Assembly: GCF_018350175.1 (NCBI RefSeq)
Contig: NC_058368.1
Span: 87,174,001 to 87,238,000, forward strand
Direction of reading: 5' to 3'
Length of the DNA stretch: 64,000 nt
From: Felis catus
Lineage: Eukaryota
Shown here: piece after piece, positions 50,588 to 63,000 of the stretch
Layout of the letters: every line of letters begins with the position of its first letter
Position numbering within the stretch: position 1 is the stretch's first letter
Notes under the pieces: model-generated
What the model was told of the DNA's origin: nothing
Databases searched by the model: none
The model's input: the letters and a program-made list of their open reading frames with translations, nothing else
Made by a program: the position numbers and the translations under genes

Positions 50588-53500
50588 AATGAAAGAGGAG
50601 AGATCACAACCAACACCACAGAAATAAGCAATAATAAGAGATTTTAAGAGAAATAATATGCCAACAAGTTAGGCAATCTGGAAAAAATGGACAAATCCCT
50701 AGAAACATATAAACTACCAAAACTGAAACAGGAAGAAATAGAAAATTTGGACAGATCTATAACCAGTAAAGAAATTGTATCCATAATCAAAAATCTCCCA
50801 ACAAGAGTCCAAGGTGGATGTCTTTCCAGGGGAATTCTGTCAAACACTTAAAGTATAGTTAACACCTATTGTTTTAAAGTTTATCCAAAAAAAAAATATA
50901 TATATATATATATATAGAAGAAGAAGTGTAAGGAAAACTTCCAACACATTCTACAAGGCCAATATTACCTTGATTCCAAAACCAGAGACCACACTAAAAG
51001 GAGAACTACAGACCAATTTCCCCGATGAACATGGATGCAAAATTCTCAACAAGATACTAGTCAGCCAAATCTAACAATACATTAAAAGAATTATTGACCA
51101 TGACACAGTGGGATGTATTTCTGGGATGCAGGGCTGGTTCTATATCCACAAATCAATGAATGTGATACATCCAATTAATTTTTAAAAAGCATATAAAAAA
51201 TATGATCCTCTCAATAGATGCATAGAAAACATTTGACAATACAGCATCACTTCTTGATAAAAAACCCTCAAGAATGTCCAGATAGAAGGAACATATCTCA
51301 AGATCATAAAGGCCATGTACAGAAGGCCCACAGCTAATATCATCCTCAATGGGGAAAAACTGAGAGCATTCCCCCTACGTTCATAAACACAACAGGGATG
51401 TTCACTCTCACCACTGTTGTTGAACATAATATTGTAAGACCTAGTCTCATAAATCAGACAACAAAAAGAAATAAAGGCATCCAAATTGGCAAGGAAGAAA
51501 TCACACTTTCACTGTTCATAGATGACATGATACTCTACTTGAAAAACCCAAAAGTCTCCACAAAAAAACTGCTAGAACTGATACATGAATTCAGCAAAGA
51601 CACAGGATATAAAATTAACTTAAAATAGATTGCATTTCTATACACCAATAATGAAGCAGCAGAAAGAGAAATCAGGGAATTGATTTCATTTATAATTGCA
51701 CCAAAAACCATATATAAGAATAAGCCTAACCAAAAAGGTAAAAATATATACACTGAAAACTATAGAAAGCTTGGGAAAGAAATTGAAGAAAACACAAACA
51801 AATGGAAAAACATTCCATGCTCATGGATCAGAAGAACAAATATTATTAAAATGTTGATACTACCCAAAGCAATCTACATATTAAATGTAATCCCTATCAA
51901 AATAATGCCAGCATTATTCACAGAGCTAGAACAACCAATGCTAAAATTTGTATGGACCCTGAATAGACTAAGTAATGTTGAAAAAGACAACCAAACTGGA
52001 GGCATCACAATTCTGGACTTCAAGATGTATTACATAGCCATAGTCATTAAGACAGTATGGTACTGGCACAAAAACAGACACATACCTCAATAGAATAGAA
52101 TAAAGAACTCAGAAATGGACCCACAAACATGGCCAACTAATCTTTGACAAAGCAAGGAAGAGTATCCTATGGAAAGAAAGACAGTCTCTTAGCAAATGGT
52201 GTTGGAAAAACTGGGCAGCCACAGCAGAAAAATAAATCTGAACTACTTTCTTACACCACACATAAAAATAAACTCAAAATGGATAAAAAAAATATAAATG
52301 TAAGACAGGAAACCATCAAAAGCCTAGATGAGAATGCAGGCAGCAACCTATTTGCCCTGGCCATAGAAACTTCTTACTAGATATGTCTCTGGAGACAAAG
52401 GGAAACAAAAACAAAAATGGACTATTGGGACCTCATCAAGAAAAAAAAAATTTCTGCCGTGAATAAACAATCAACAAAACTAACAGACACTAAAAGAATG
52501 GGAGAAGATATTTGCAAATGACACATCAGATTAGGGTTAGTATCCAAAATCTATAAAGAACTTATCAAACTTAACACCCAAAAAACAAGAAATCCTGTGA
52601 AAATAAAGGGTAAAAGATATAACAGAAACTTTTTGACAGACGACATCAAGATGACTAATAGACACATGAAAAGATGCTTAACATTACTTATCATCAGGAA
52701 AGACAAATTCAAACCCCAATGAGATACCACCTCACACTATCATAATGGCTAAAATTTACATCTCATGAAACAACACATGTTGGTGAAGATGCTGAGAAAG
52801 GGGAACACTTTTGCACAGCTTGAGGGAATTCAAACTGATACAGCAACTCTGAAGAACAGTACAGAGGTTCTTCAAAAAATTAAAAATAGAGCTCCCCTAT
52901 GACCCAACAATTGCACTACTAGGTATTTATCCAAAGGGTAAAAAATGTTAATTTGAAGGGGCACATGAACCCCAATATTTGTACCAGCACTATCAACAGT
53001 AGCCAAATTATTAAAAAGGCCAAAATTTCCTTTGACTGACAAATGGATAAAGAAGATGTGGCATATATACACAATGGAATATTACTCAGTTAACAAAAAG
53101 AATGAAATATTGTCTTTTGCAACAACATGGTTAGAACTAGAGTATATTAGGCTAAGTGAAATAAATCAGTCGGAGAAAAATAAATATCTTATGATTTCAC
53201 TCATATGTTGAATTTAGGAAACAAAACAGATGAACATAGGGAAGGGGAAGCAAAAAAAGATAAAAACAGAAAGGAAGGCAACCATAAAGGACGCTTAAAT
53301 ACAGAGAACAAATCGAGGGTAGCTGGAGTGGAGGTGGGTGTGGTGATGGGCTAAATGGATGATGGACATTAAGGAGGACACTTGTTGGAATGAGCACTTG
53401 GTGTTAGATGTAAGTGAAGAATCACTAAATTCTATTCCTGAAGCCATTATTACCATATATGTTAACTAACTTGGATTTAAATAAAATTTTAAAAAAGAAA

Positions 53501-53637
53501 ACAATACTACAGCTTTTACTGTGTACATGACTAAGTTATATATGGATATTTGTGAAATTGATATTACCTGTGATATATTTTCTAGCATTTTTAGGATAAT
53601 TTTCTTCATAACATATTGTTATTACTCTTCATGACAC

Positions 53638-53922
53638 ATTTTTATTTTTTTTGAAGAACCTCCGTACTCTTCTCCAGAATTGCTGTATCACTTTGAATTC
53701 CCTCAGGTTGTGCAAAAGTGTTCCCCTTTCTCAGCATCTTTGCCAACATCTGTTGTTTCCTGAGTTGTAATTTTAGCCATTATGATAGTGTGAGGTGGCA
53801 TTTCATTGGCGTTTGGATTTGTCTTTCCTTGATGATGAGTCATGTTAAACATCTTTTCATGTGTCTATTAGTCATCTGGATATCTTCTCTCAAAAAATTT
53901 CTGATCATATCTTTTACACTTT
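53638..53922 (-). repeat. Inverted copy of L1 segment 52605-52887
   Basis: Shares non-consensus variants with 52605-52887 (cacactatcataatggc, gagggaattcaaa, gatacagcaa, ggttcttcaaaa). Confidence 0.85.
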
Positions 53923-53934
53923 TTCCCCCACAGG

Positions 53935-55860
53935 ATTACAGATGCAGAAAAAAACATTTGACAAGATTCAACATCCATTCATGATAAAAACTCTCAGCAA
54001 AATGGGTTTGGAGGAAAAATACATCACATACTAAAGGACATATAGGAAAAACTCATAGCTAGCATCATACTTAATAGTGAAAATATGAAAGCTTTTCCCC
54101 TAAGTCCAGGAAAAAGACAGGCAAAGATGTCCACTCTCGTTACTTTTATTCAACATACTACTGAAAGTCCTAGCAACATCAATCAAATAAGAAAAAGAAA
54201 TTGAAGTCATCCTAAAAAGCAAGGAAGAAGTAAAACTTTCACTAGTTCCAGATCATATGATACTATAGATAGATAGATAGATGATAGATAGATAGATAGA
54301 TAGATAGATAGACACTATATATAGAAACCCTAAAGACTCCACCAAAAAAAGTGATAAATTTTCAATAAAGTCTCTGGATACAAAATCATTGTACAGAAAT
54401 CTGTTGCATTTCTATACACCAACAATGAAGCACTAAAAATAGATGTTAATAAAACAATATTATTTACAATTGCAGAAAAATAATAAAATGTCTAAGAATA
54501 AACTTAACCAAAGAATTGAAAGACCTATACTCTGAAAACTATAAACCACTGATGAAAGAAATTAAGGATACACAAACAAATGGAAAGATGTTCTATGCTC
54601 ATGAATTGAAAGAACCAATATTGTTAAAATGCCCATATTAACCAAAGCAATGTTCAGAATCAAGGAAATTCCTCTCAAAATACCAAAGCATTTCCTCCAT
54701 AATTAGAACAAATAAAGCAAAACTGTGTGGAACCACCAAAGACCTCAAATAGCCAAAACAATCTTCCAAAAAGAATAAAGCTGGAGAGATCACACCCCCA
54801 GATTTCAAGATATACTACAAAGCTGTAGTGATCAAAACAAATGGGACAGGCACAAAAATAGACATATAGATCAATGGAATAGAATAGACAGTCCAGAAAT
54901 AAGTCCATGTTTTTATGGTCAATTGTTCTACAACAACAGAAGTAAGAAGATACAATGTAAAAAAGACAGTCTCTTCAACAAATAGTACTGGGAAAACTGG
55001 ACAGTAACATGCAAAAGAATGAAACTGGATCACTTTCTTATACCATACACAAAATTGAATTCAAAATGGGTTAAAGACCTAAATATGAGACATGAAACCA
55101 TAAAAAGTTTAGAAGGAAACATAGGCAAAAATTTCTCTGACACCAGCTATAGAAACATTTTTCTAGATATGTCTCCTCTGGCAAGAGAAACAAAGGCAAA
55201 ATTAAACTATTAGGACTAGACAAAAATAAAAAGCTTCTGCACAGTAAAGGAAACCATCAAAAAAACAAAAGGGTAACCTACAGAAGAAGATATTTTCTAG
55301 TGACATATATGATAAGGGGCTAAAATCCAAAATATATAAAAAATTTACACATTTGGGGGTACCAGGGTGACTCAGTCAGTTAAGCATCAAATTCTTGATT
55401 TTGGCTCAGGTCATGATCTCACAGTTTTGTGAGTTAGAGACCCACAACAGGCTCTGTACTGACAGTGCAGAACCTGCTTGAGATTCTCCCTCTCTCTCTG
55501 CCCCTTCTCTCCACGCACTCTCTCTTTCTCAGAAAATAAATAATAAAAAAGTCCTAAGAATTTAAATTAACACTAAAAATCCAGTCAAAAAATGGACAGA
55601 GGACATGAATAGACGTTTTCCACAGAAGACATCCAGATGGCTAATGGATACATGAAAAGATGTTAAACATCACTCATCATCAGGGAGATACAAATCAAAG
55701 CTACAGTGAAATACCAAATAACACCTGTTGAATAGCCAAAATAAAAAACACGATAAATAACAAGTTTTGGCTATAATGTGGAGAAAAATTAACTTTCATG
55801 CATAGTTGGTGGGAATGCAAAGTGGTGCTGCCACTGTAGAAAACAATATGAACATTCCTC
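53935..55860 (+). mobile_element. Old L1 ORF2 3' half with (GATA)n at 54265-54312
   Basis: Starts at the [12 protein letters not shown] equivalent; [17 protein letters not shown] (55019..55213). Confidence 0.85.
55355..55550 (+). mobile_element. Can-SINE (older)
   Basis: gggggtaccagggtgactcagtcagttaagcatc...ctcagaaaataaataa. Confidence 0.87.
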
Positions 55861-55868
55861 AAATAAGA

Positions 55869-56276
55869 TATTGCTGCAGCTAAGGTCAAAGAGGTTGTTG
55901 CCTGCTTTCTCCTCTAAGGTTTTGATGGTTTCCCATCTCACATTCAGGTCTTTCATCCATTTTGAGTTTATTTTTGTGTATGGTGTAAGAAAATGGTCTA
56001 ATTTCATTCTTCTGTATGTTCATTATATGTGGATCTTGAGAAACTTAACAGAAGACCATGGGGGAATGAAAAGGGGGGAAAAGAGTAACAAACAGAGAGG
56101 GAGGGTGTCAAACCATAAGAGATTCTTAAATACAGAGAACAAACTGAAGGTTGGTGGGGGGTGGGGGAGAGGGGAAAGTGGGTGATGGACATTGAGGAGA
56201 GCCCTTGTTGGGATGAGCAGTGGGTGTTGTATAGAAGCCAATTTGACAATAAATTATATGAGAAAAAATAAATAAA
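55869..56276 (+). mobile_element. Small 5'-inverted (twin-primed) L1
   Basis: Antisense ORF2 piece 55870-56020 joined to sense 3'UTR 56021-56270; TSD aaataaga at 55861-55868 and 56277-56284. Confidence 0.75.
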
Positions 56277-56284
56277 AAATAAGA

Positions 56285-56620
56285 CAAAAAATACTATGTT
56301 GTATAAAAGTGGTGATAATAGGCATTTGGCTTGTTCCTAAATTTAGAAAAAATGATTTCAGTTTTTCATTGTGGGGTATGATATTAGAAATGGGCTTGTC
56401 ACACATGGCTTTTATTATGTCGAGGTAAATTTTCTCTATAACCAATTTACTGAGAGTTTTTTTTTCATAAATGGAAGTTGTATGTTGTCAAATGTTTTTT
56501 CTCCATCTATTTAGATAATCATATGATTTTTATCTTTTAGTTTGTTAATGTGATATGTAACATTGATTAACTTGTGAATATTGAACCAATCCTTGTATCC
56601 CAGGAATAAATCCCACCTGA
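56285..56620 (-). mobile_element. Old L1 ORF2 (RT region) fragment, antisense
   Basis: DWFNIHKLINVTYHINKLKDKNHMII and YLDIIKAMCDKPISNII on the minus strand. Confidence 0.8.
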
Positions 56621-56637
56621 CCGGGGCGGGGGGGGGG

Positions 56638-56680
<43 letters not shown>

Positions 56681-56739
56681 AATGTATATGTATTTGTATA
56701 TATACATATATATGTACATATATATATTCATATATACAC

Positions 56740-57147
56740 TTACTTAAAAAATACATATGTATCACTATGTTTATGGCACTGTTAATCACAGTAACCAAGA
56801 ATGGAAGCAACCCAAGCATACATCAATGGAAAATTGGATAAAGAAGTGATATATATACACAATGCAATATTACTCACCCATAAGAAAGAATGAAATCTTG
56901 CCATTTTCAATGATGTGGATGGAGTCAGAGAGTTTGAAGCTAAATGAAATAAGTCAGTCAGAGAAAGACAAATACCATGCAATTTCATTCATATGTGGAA
57001 TAAGAAACAAAAGCAATGAACAAAGATAAAAGAGACAAACAAAAAAAAAACAGACTCTTAAATACAAAAAAACAAAGTGATGGTTACTAGAGAAAAGATG
57101 GGTGGGGAGATGAGTGAAACAGATAAAGGGGACTAAAAACAAACTTA
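56740..57147 (+). mobile_element. Old L1 3' end, duplicated block copy 2 (continues 59289-59415)
   Basis: Collinear with 24880-25262. Confidence 0.85.
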
Positions 57148-59275
57148 ACGTCCTGCGACTTGCTGAATTCATGTATCAGTTCTAGCAGACTTTTGGTGGA
57201 GTCTCTCAGGTTTTCCATGTATAATATCATGTCATCTGCAAAATTTTGATGACTTTGATTTCCTTTTGTTGTCTGATTCCTGATGCTAGAACTTCCAACA
57301 CTAAGTTAAAAACAGCGGTGAGAGTGGACATCCCTGTCGTGTTCCTGATTTCAGGGGGAAAATTCTCACTTTTTCCCCATTAGGGATGATATTAGCTGTG
57401 GACTTTCATAAGTGGCTTTTATGATGTTTAAGTGTGTTCCTTCAATCCCGACTTTCTCAAGCGTTTTTATTAAGAAATGTTGTTGAATCTTGTCAAATGC
57501 TTTTTCTGCATCAAAAGGAAGGATCATATGGTTCTTTTCTTTTATTAATGTGACGTATCACATTGATTGATTTGCGAATATTGAACCAGCCCTGCAGCCC
57601 AGGAATGAATCCGACTTGATCATGGTTCATATTTCTTTCTATATGCTGTTGAATTCAATTTGCTAGTATCCTGTTGAGAATTCAATACTACCCAAAACAA
57701 TCTACGCATTCAATGCAATCCCAATCAAAATTGCACCAGCACTCTTCTCCAAGCTAGAACAAGAAATCCTAAAATTTATATGGAACCACAAAACACCCCG
57801 AATAGCCAAAGTAACATTGAAGAAGACCAAAGCAGGAGGCATCACAATCCCAGACTTTAGCCTCTACTACAAAGCTGTAATCATCAAGACAGCATGGTGT
57901 TGGCACAAAAACAGACACATCAACCAATGGAATACTATAGAGACTCCAGAATTGGACGCACAAAAGTATGGCCAACTAATCTTTGACAAAGCAGGAAAGA
58001 ATATCCAATGGAAAAAAGACAGTCTCTTTAACAAACGGTGCTGGGAGAACTGGACAGCAACATGCAGAAGAATGAAACTACACCACTTTCTTACACCATT
58101 CACAATAATAAACTCAAAATGGGTAAAGGTCCTGAATGTGAGACAGGAAACCATTAAAACCCTAGAGGAGAAAGCAGGAAAAAACTCTCGGACCTCAGCC
58201 GCAGCAATTTCTTACTTGACACATCCTCAAAGGCAAGGGAATTAAAAGCAAAAATGAACTATTGGGACCTCATAAAGATAAAAAGCTTCTGCACTGCAAA
58301 GGAAGCGATCAACAAAACTAAAAGACAACCGATGGAATGGGAAAAGATATTTCCAAATGACATATCGGACAAAGGGCTAGCATCCAAAATCTATGAAAAA
58401 CTCAGCAAACTCCACACCCGAAAAACAAATAATACAGTGAAGAAATGGGCAGAAAACATGAATAGACACTTCTCTAAAGAGAACATCCAGATGGCCAACT
58501 GGCACATGAAAAGATGCTCAACATCACTCATCATCAGGGAAATAGAAATCAAAACCACACTGAGATTGCACCTCACACTAGTCAAAGTGGATAAAATGAA
58601 CAAATCAGGAGACTATAGATGCTGGAGAGGATGTGGAGAAACAGGAACCCTCTTTCACTGTTGGGAATGCAAACTGGTGCAGCCACTCTGGAAAACAGTG
58701 TGGAGGTTCCTCAAAAAATTAAAAATAGATCTACCCTATGACCCAAGAATAGCATTGTTACAAATGTACCCAAGGGATACAGGAGTGCTGATCCATAAGG
58801 GCACTTGTACCCCAATGTTTATAGCAGCACTTTTAACAGTAGCCAAATTATGGAAAGAGCCTAAATGTCCATCAACTGATTAATGGATAAAGAAATTGTG
58901 GTTTATATACACAATGGAATACTACTTGGCAATGAGAAAGTATGAAATATGGCCTCTTGTAGCAATGTAGTTGGAACTGGAAAGTGTTATGCTAAGTGAA
59001 ATAAGTCATACAGAGAAAGACAGATACCATATGTTTTTACTCTTATGTAGATACTGAGAAACTTAACAAAAGGCGAGGGCAAAAGGAAGGGGATAAAAAG
59101 TTAGAGAGGGAGGGAGCCAAACCATAAGAGACTCTTAAAAACTGAGAATAAACTGAGGGTTGAGGGAGGGGTGGAAGGGAGGGGAAAGTAGGTGATGGGC
59201 ATTGAGGAGGGCACCTGTTGGGATGAGCACTGGGTGTTGTATGGAAACCAATATGACAATAAATTTCATATTAAA
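57148..59275 (+). mobile_element. 5'-inverted (twin-primed) felid L1, ~2.1 kb
   Basis: Antisense RT segment 57148-~57683, then sense ORF2 C-terminus and 3'UTR; TSD aaaaaca(a/c)actta at 57135-57147 and 59276-59288. Confidence 0.92.
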
Positions 59276-59415
59276 AAAAACACACTTATGATGAGCACTG
59301 GGTGTTGTATGGAAATGTTATATCACTATATTGTATGTTTGCAACTAATATAACACTAATGCCAATTGTACCTGAATATGTATATTAAATAAATAAATGT
59401 TAAAAAGAAAAAGGA

Positions 59416-59632
59416 GGGGCGCCTGGGTGGCGCAGTCGGTTAAGCCTCCGACTTCAGCCAGGTCACGATCTCGCGGTCCGTGAGTTCGAGCCCCGCGTCA
59501 GGCTCTGGGCTGATGGCTCGGAGCCTGGAGCCTGTTTCCGATTCTGTGTCTCCCTCTCTCTCTGCCCCTCCCCCATTCATGCTCTGTCTCTCTCTGTCCC
59601 AAAAATAAACGTTGAAAAAAAAAAAATAAAAA
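59416..59632 (+). mobile_element. Young Can-SINE
   Basis: ggggcgcctgggtggcgcagtcggttaagc, CpG-rich; TSD aaaaagga; empty site in the paralog at ~25390. Confidence 0.95.
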
Positions 59633-59639
59633 AAAAAGG

Positions 59640-60063
59640 AACAATATACAGTATTGGAGTTGCATGAGCTAACAGTATGATATGCCTTAACTAAAATCCT
59701 GTTGGAAATCATGTGTACTCAAACTGAAATCATAGTCAGTGTTAAACCTTGAGACAACCTTGAGGCAAAAGCATTTGTGATGCAAAAAGATTTCCTTTTG
59801 TTTCAAAAGGAAAAGGGTACATTTAGAGACTAACTACATAAAACCATCCACCATTCCAATATTCAAATTTCCATTTTGTCATAATGAAGAGAAAATCTGT
59901 GTCTGCATATATTTACTAGACAGCCTCCAAGACATTTTTGATAAGACACAGAAAGTTTTAATATTTGTCCCCTCTATATGTTAGCAGTGTGAAACAGTGT
60001 ATGTTAGAGTATTTATTAGAAAAAAACAGCTTGCGTCCACTGGTAGTTATAAATTGTGTTTTT
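59640..60063 (+). repeat. Segmental duplication copy 2, non-TE portion
   Basis: Collinear with 25389-25770 plus 26010-26050. Confidence 0.92.
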
Positions 60064-63000
60064 ATTTTTTTATTTTTATTTTTTTAACATTTATTCATTT
60101 TTTTTAATTTACATACAAGTTAGTTAGCATATAGTGCAAAACTGATTCCAGGAGTAGATTCTTTAAAGTCCCTTACCCATTTAGCCCATTCCCCCTACCA
60201 ACACCCTCCAGTAACACTTTGTTCTCTATATTTAAGAGTCTTTTATGTTTTGTCCCCCTCCATGTTTTATATTATTTATGTTTCCCTTCCCTTGTGTTCA
60301 TTTGTTCTGGGTCTTAAAATCCTCATATGAGTGAAGTCATATGATATTTGTCTTTGACTAAATAATTTCTCTTAGCATAATACACTCTAGATCAATCCAT
60401 ATAGTTGCAAAAGGCAAAAGGAAAGATTTTATTCTTTTTTGATTGCTGAGTAATATATATGTATATATTATATATATATATATATATATGAAGATATATA
60501 TATATATATATATATATTCTTAATATATTCAACCATTGATGGACATTTGGGCTCTTTCCACACTTTGGCTATTGTTAATAGTGCTTCTATAAACATTGGG
60601 ATGTATGTGCGCCTTCGAAACAGCATACCTGTATTCCGTGGATAAATGCCTACTAGTGCAATTTATGGGTCATAGGGTAGTTCTATTTTTCATTTCTTGA
60701 AGAACCAACGTATTCTTTTCCGGAGTGGCTGCACCAGTTTGCATTCCCACCAGTAGTTCAAAAGAGATCCTCTTTCTCCGCATCGTCCCCAACATCTCTT
60801 ATTGCCTGAATTGTTAATGTTACCCATTTTGATAGGTGTAAGATGATATCTCATTGTGGTTTTGATTTGTATTTCCCTGATGAGGACCACATCTCTCCCT
60901 GATGTGGTTTTGATTTGTATTTCCCAGTTGGTCATCTGGATGTCTTCTTTGGAGAAATGTCTATTCATGTCTTTTGCTCATTTCTTCACTGTATTATTTG
61001 TTTTTTGGGGGTGTTCAGTTTGATAGGTTCTTTATATATTTTGGATACTAACCCTTTATCTGACATGTCATTTACAAATATCTTCTCCCATTCTGTCAGT
61101 TGCCTTTTAGTTTTGCTAATTGTTTCCTTTGCTGTGCAGAAGCTTTTTCTTTTGATGAGGTCCCAATAGTTCATTTTTGTTTTCATTTCTCTTGCCCATG
61201 GAGACGTGTTGAGTAAGAAGTTGCTGCAACCAAGGTCAAAGAGGTTTTTGCCTGATTTCCCCTCAAGGGTTTCGATGGCTTCTTGTTTTACATTTAGGCC
61301 TTTCACCCATTTTGAGTTTATTTTTGTCTATGGTGTAAGAACGTGGTCCAGTTTCATTCATCTGCCTGTCGCTGTCCAGTTTTCCCAGCACCACTTGCTG
61401 AAGACACTGTCTTTATTCCATTGGATAGTCTTTCCTGCCTTGTCAACGATTAGTTGACCATACGTTTGTGGGTCCTTTTCTGGGTTCACCATTTTGTTCC
61501 ATTGATCTGAGTGTCTGTTTTTGTGCAAGTACCATACTGTCTTGATTATTACAGCTTTGTAATACAGCTTGAAGTCTGGGATTGTAATGTCTCTTGCTTT
61601 GGTTTCCTTTTTCAAGATTGCTTTGGCTATTTGGGGTCTTTTGTGGTTCCATACAAATATTAGGATTGTTTGTGCTGGCTCCGTGAAGAATGCTGGTGTT
61701 ATTTTGATAGGGATGGCATTGAATATGTAGATTTCTTTGGGCAGTAATGGTGTTTTAACAATATTTGTTCTTCCTATCCAGGAGCATGGAATATTTTTCC
61801 TTTTATGTGTGTATCTTCCTCAATTTCTTTCATGAGCTTTCTATAGTATTCAGTGTAGATTTTTCACCTCTTTGGTTAGAGTTATTCCTAGTATTTTATG
61901 GTTTTTGGTGCAACTGTAAATGGGATCTATTCCTTGATTTCTCTTTCTGTTGCTTCATTGTTGGTGTATAGGAATACAAACGATTTCTGTGCATTGATTT
62001 TATATCCTGCAACTTTGCTGAATTCATGAATCAGTTCTAGCGTTTTTTGGCAGAATATTTAGGGTTTTCCATATAGAGTACCTTGTCATCTGTGAAGAGT
62101 GAAAGTTTGTCCTCCTCCTGGCCAATTAGGGTGTCTTTTATTTCTTTGTGTTGTCTGATTGCTGAGGCTAAGACTTCCAATGCTATGTTGAATAACAGTG
62201 GTGAGAGTGGACATCCCTGTCTTGTTCTTGACCTTAGAGGGAAAGCTCTCAGTTTTTCCCCATTGTGGATGATACTAACGTTGGGTCTTTTGTACATGGC
62301 TCTATGATTTCATTGAATGATTATTCTATCCCTACTTTCTTGAGGGTTTTTATCAAGAAAGGATGCTGTATTTTGTCAAATTCTTTCTCTGCATCTATTG
62401 GGAGGATCATGTGGTTCTTGTTCTTTCTTTTATTGATGTGATGAGTCACATTGATTGTTCCGTGTATTGAACCAGCCCTTTATCCCAGATATAAATCCCA
62501 CTTGGTCATGATGAATATTTTTTTAATGTATTGTTGGATACATTGGCTAATAGCTTGTTGAGGATTTTTGCATCCACGGTCATCAGGGCACTGGTCTATA
62601 GTTATTTTTAGTGGGTCTTTGGCTGGTTTTGGAATCAAGGTAATGCTGGCTTCATAGAAAGAGTTTGAAGTTTTCCTTCTATTTCTATTTTTTGGGAATG
62701 CTTCAAGAGAATAGGGGTTATCTCTTCCTTAAATGTTTGGTAGAATTTCCTTGGAAAGCCACCTGGCCCTGGAATCTTGTTTTCTCAGAGATTTTTGATT
62801 ACCAGTTCGATTTCTTTACTGGTTAAGGGTCTGTTCAGATTTTCTATTTCTTTCTGTTTCAGTTTTAGTACTATATATGTTTCTAGGAATTTGTCCATTT
62901 CTTCCAGGTTGCCCATTATATTGGCATATAATTGGTCATAATAGTCTCTTTTATTGTTTTTATTTCTGCTGTGTTGGTTGTGATCTCTCCTATTTCATTC

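Larger units (their letters stand above)
45075..53500 (+). mobile_element. Full-length older carnivore L1 carrying two SINEs and two nested L1 insertions; ORFs destroyed
   Basis: 5'UTR from aagatggcagagcag; ORF1 from ~46691; ORF2 from ~47908; LFIDD at ~51515; 3'UTR ends gttaactaacttggatttaaataaaa ~53490. Confidence 0.88.
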
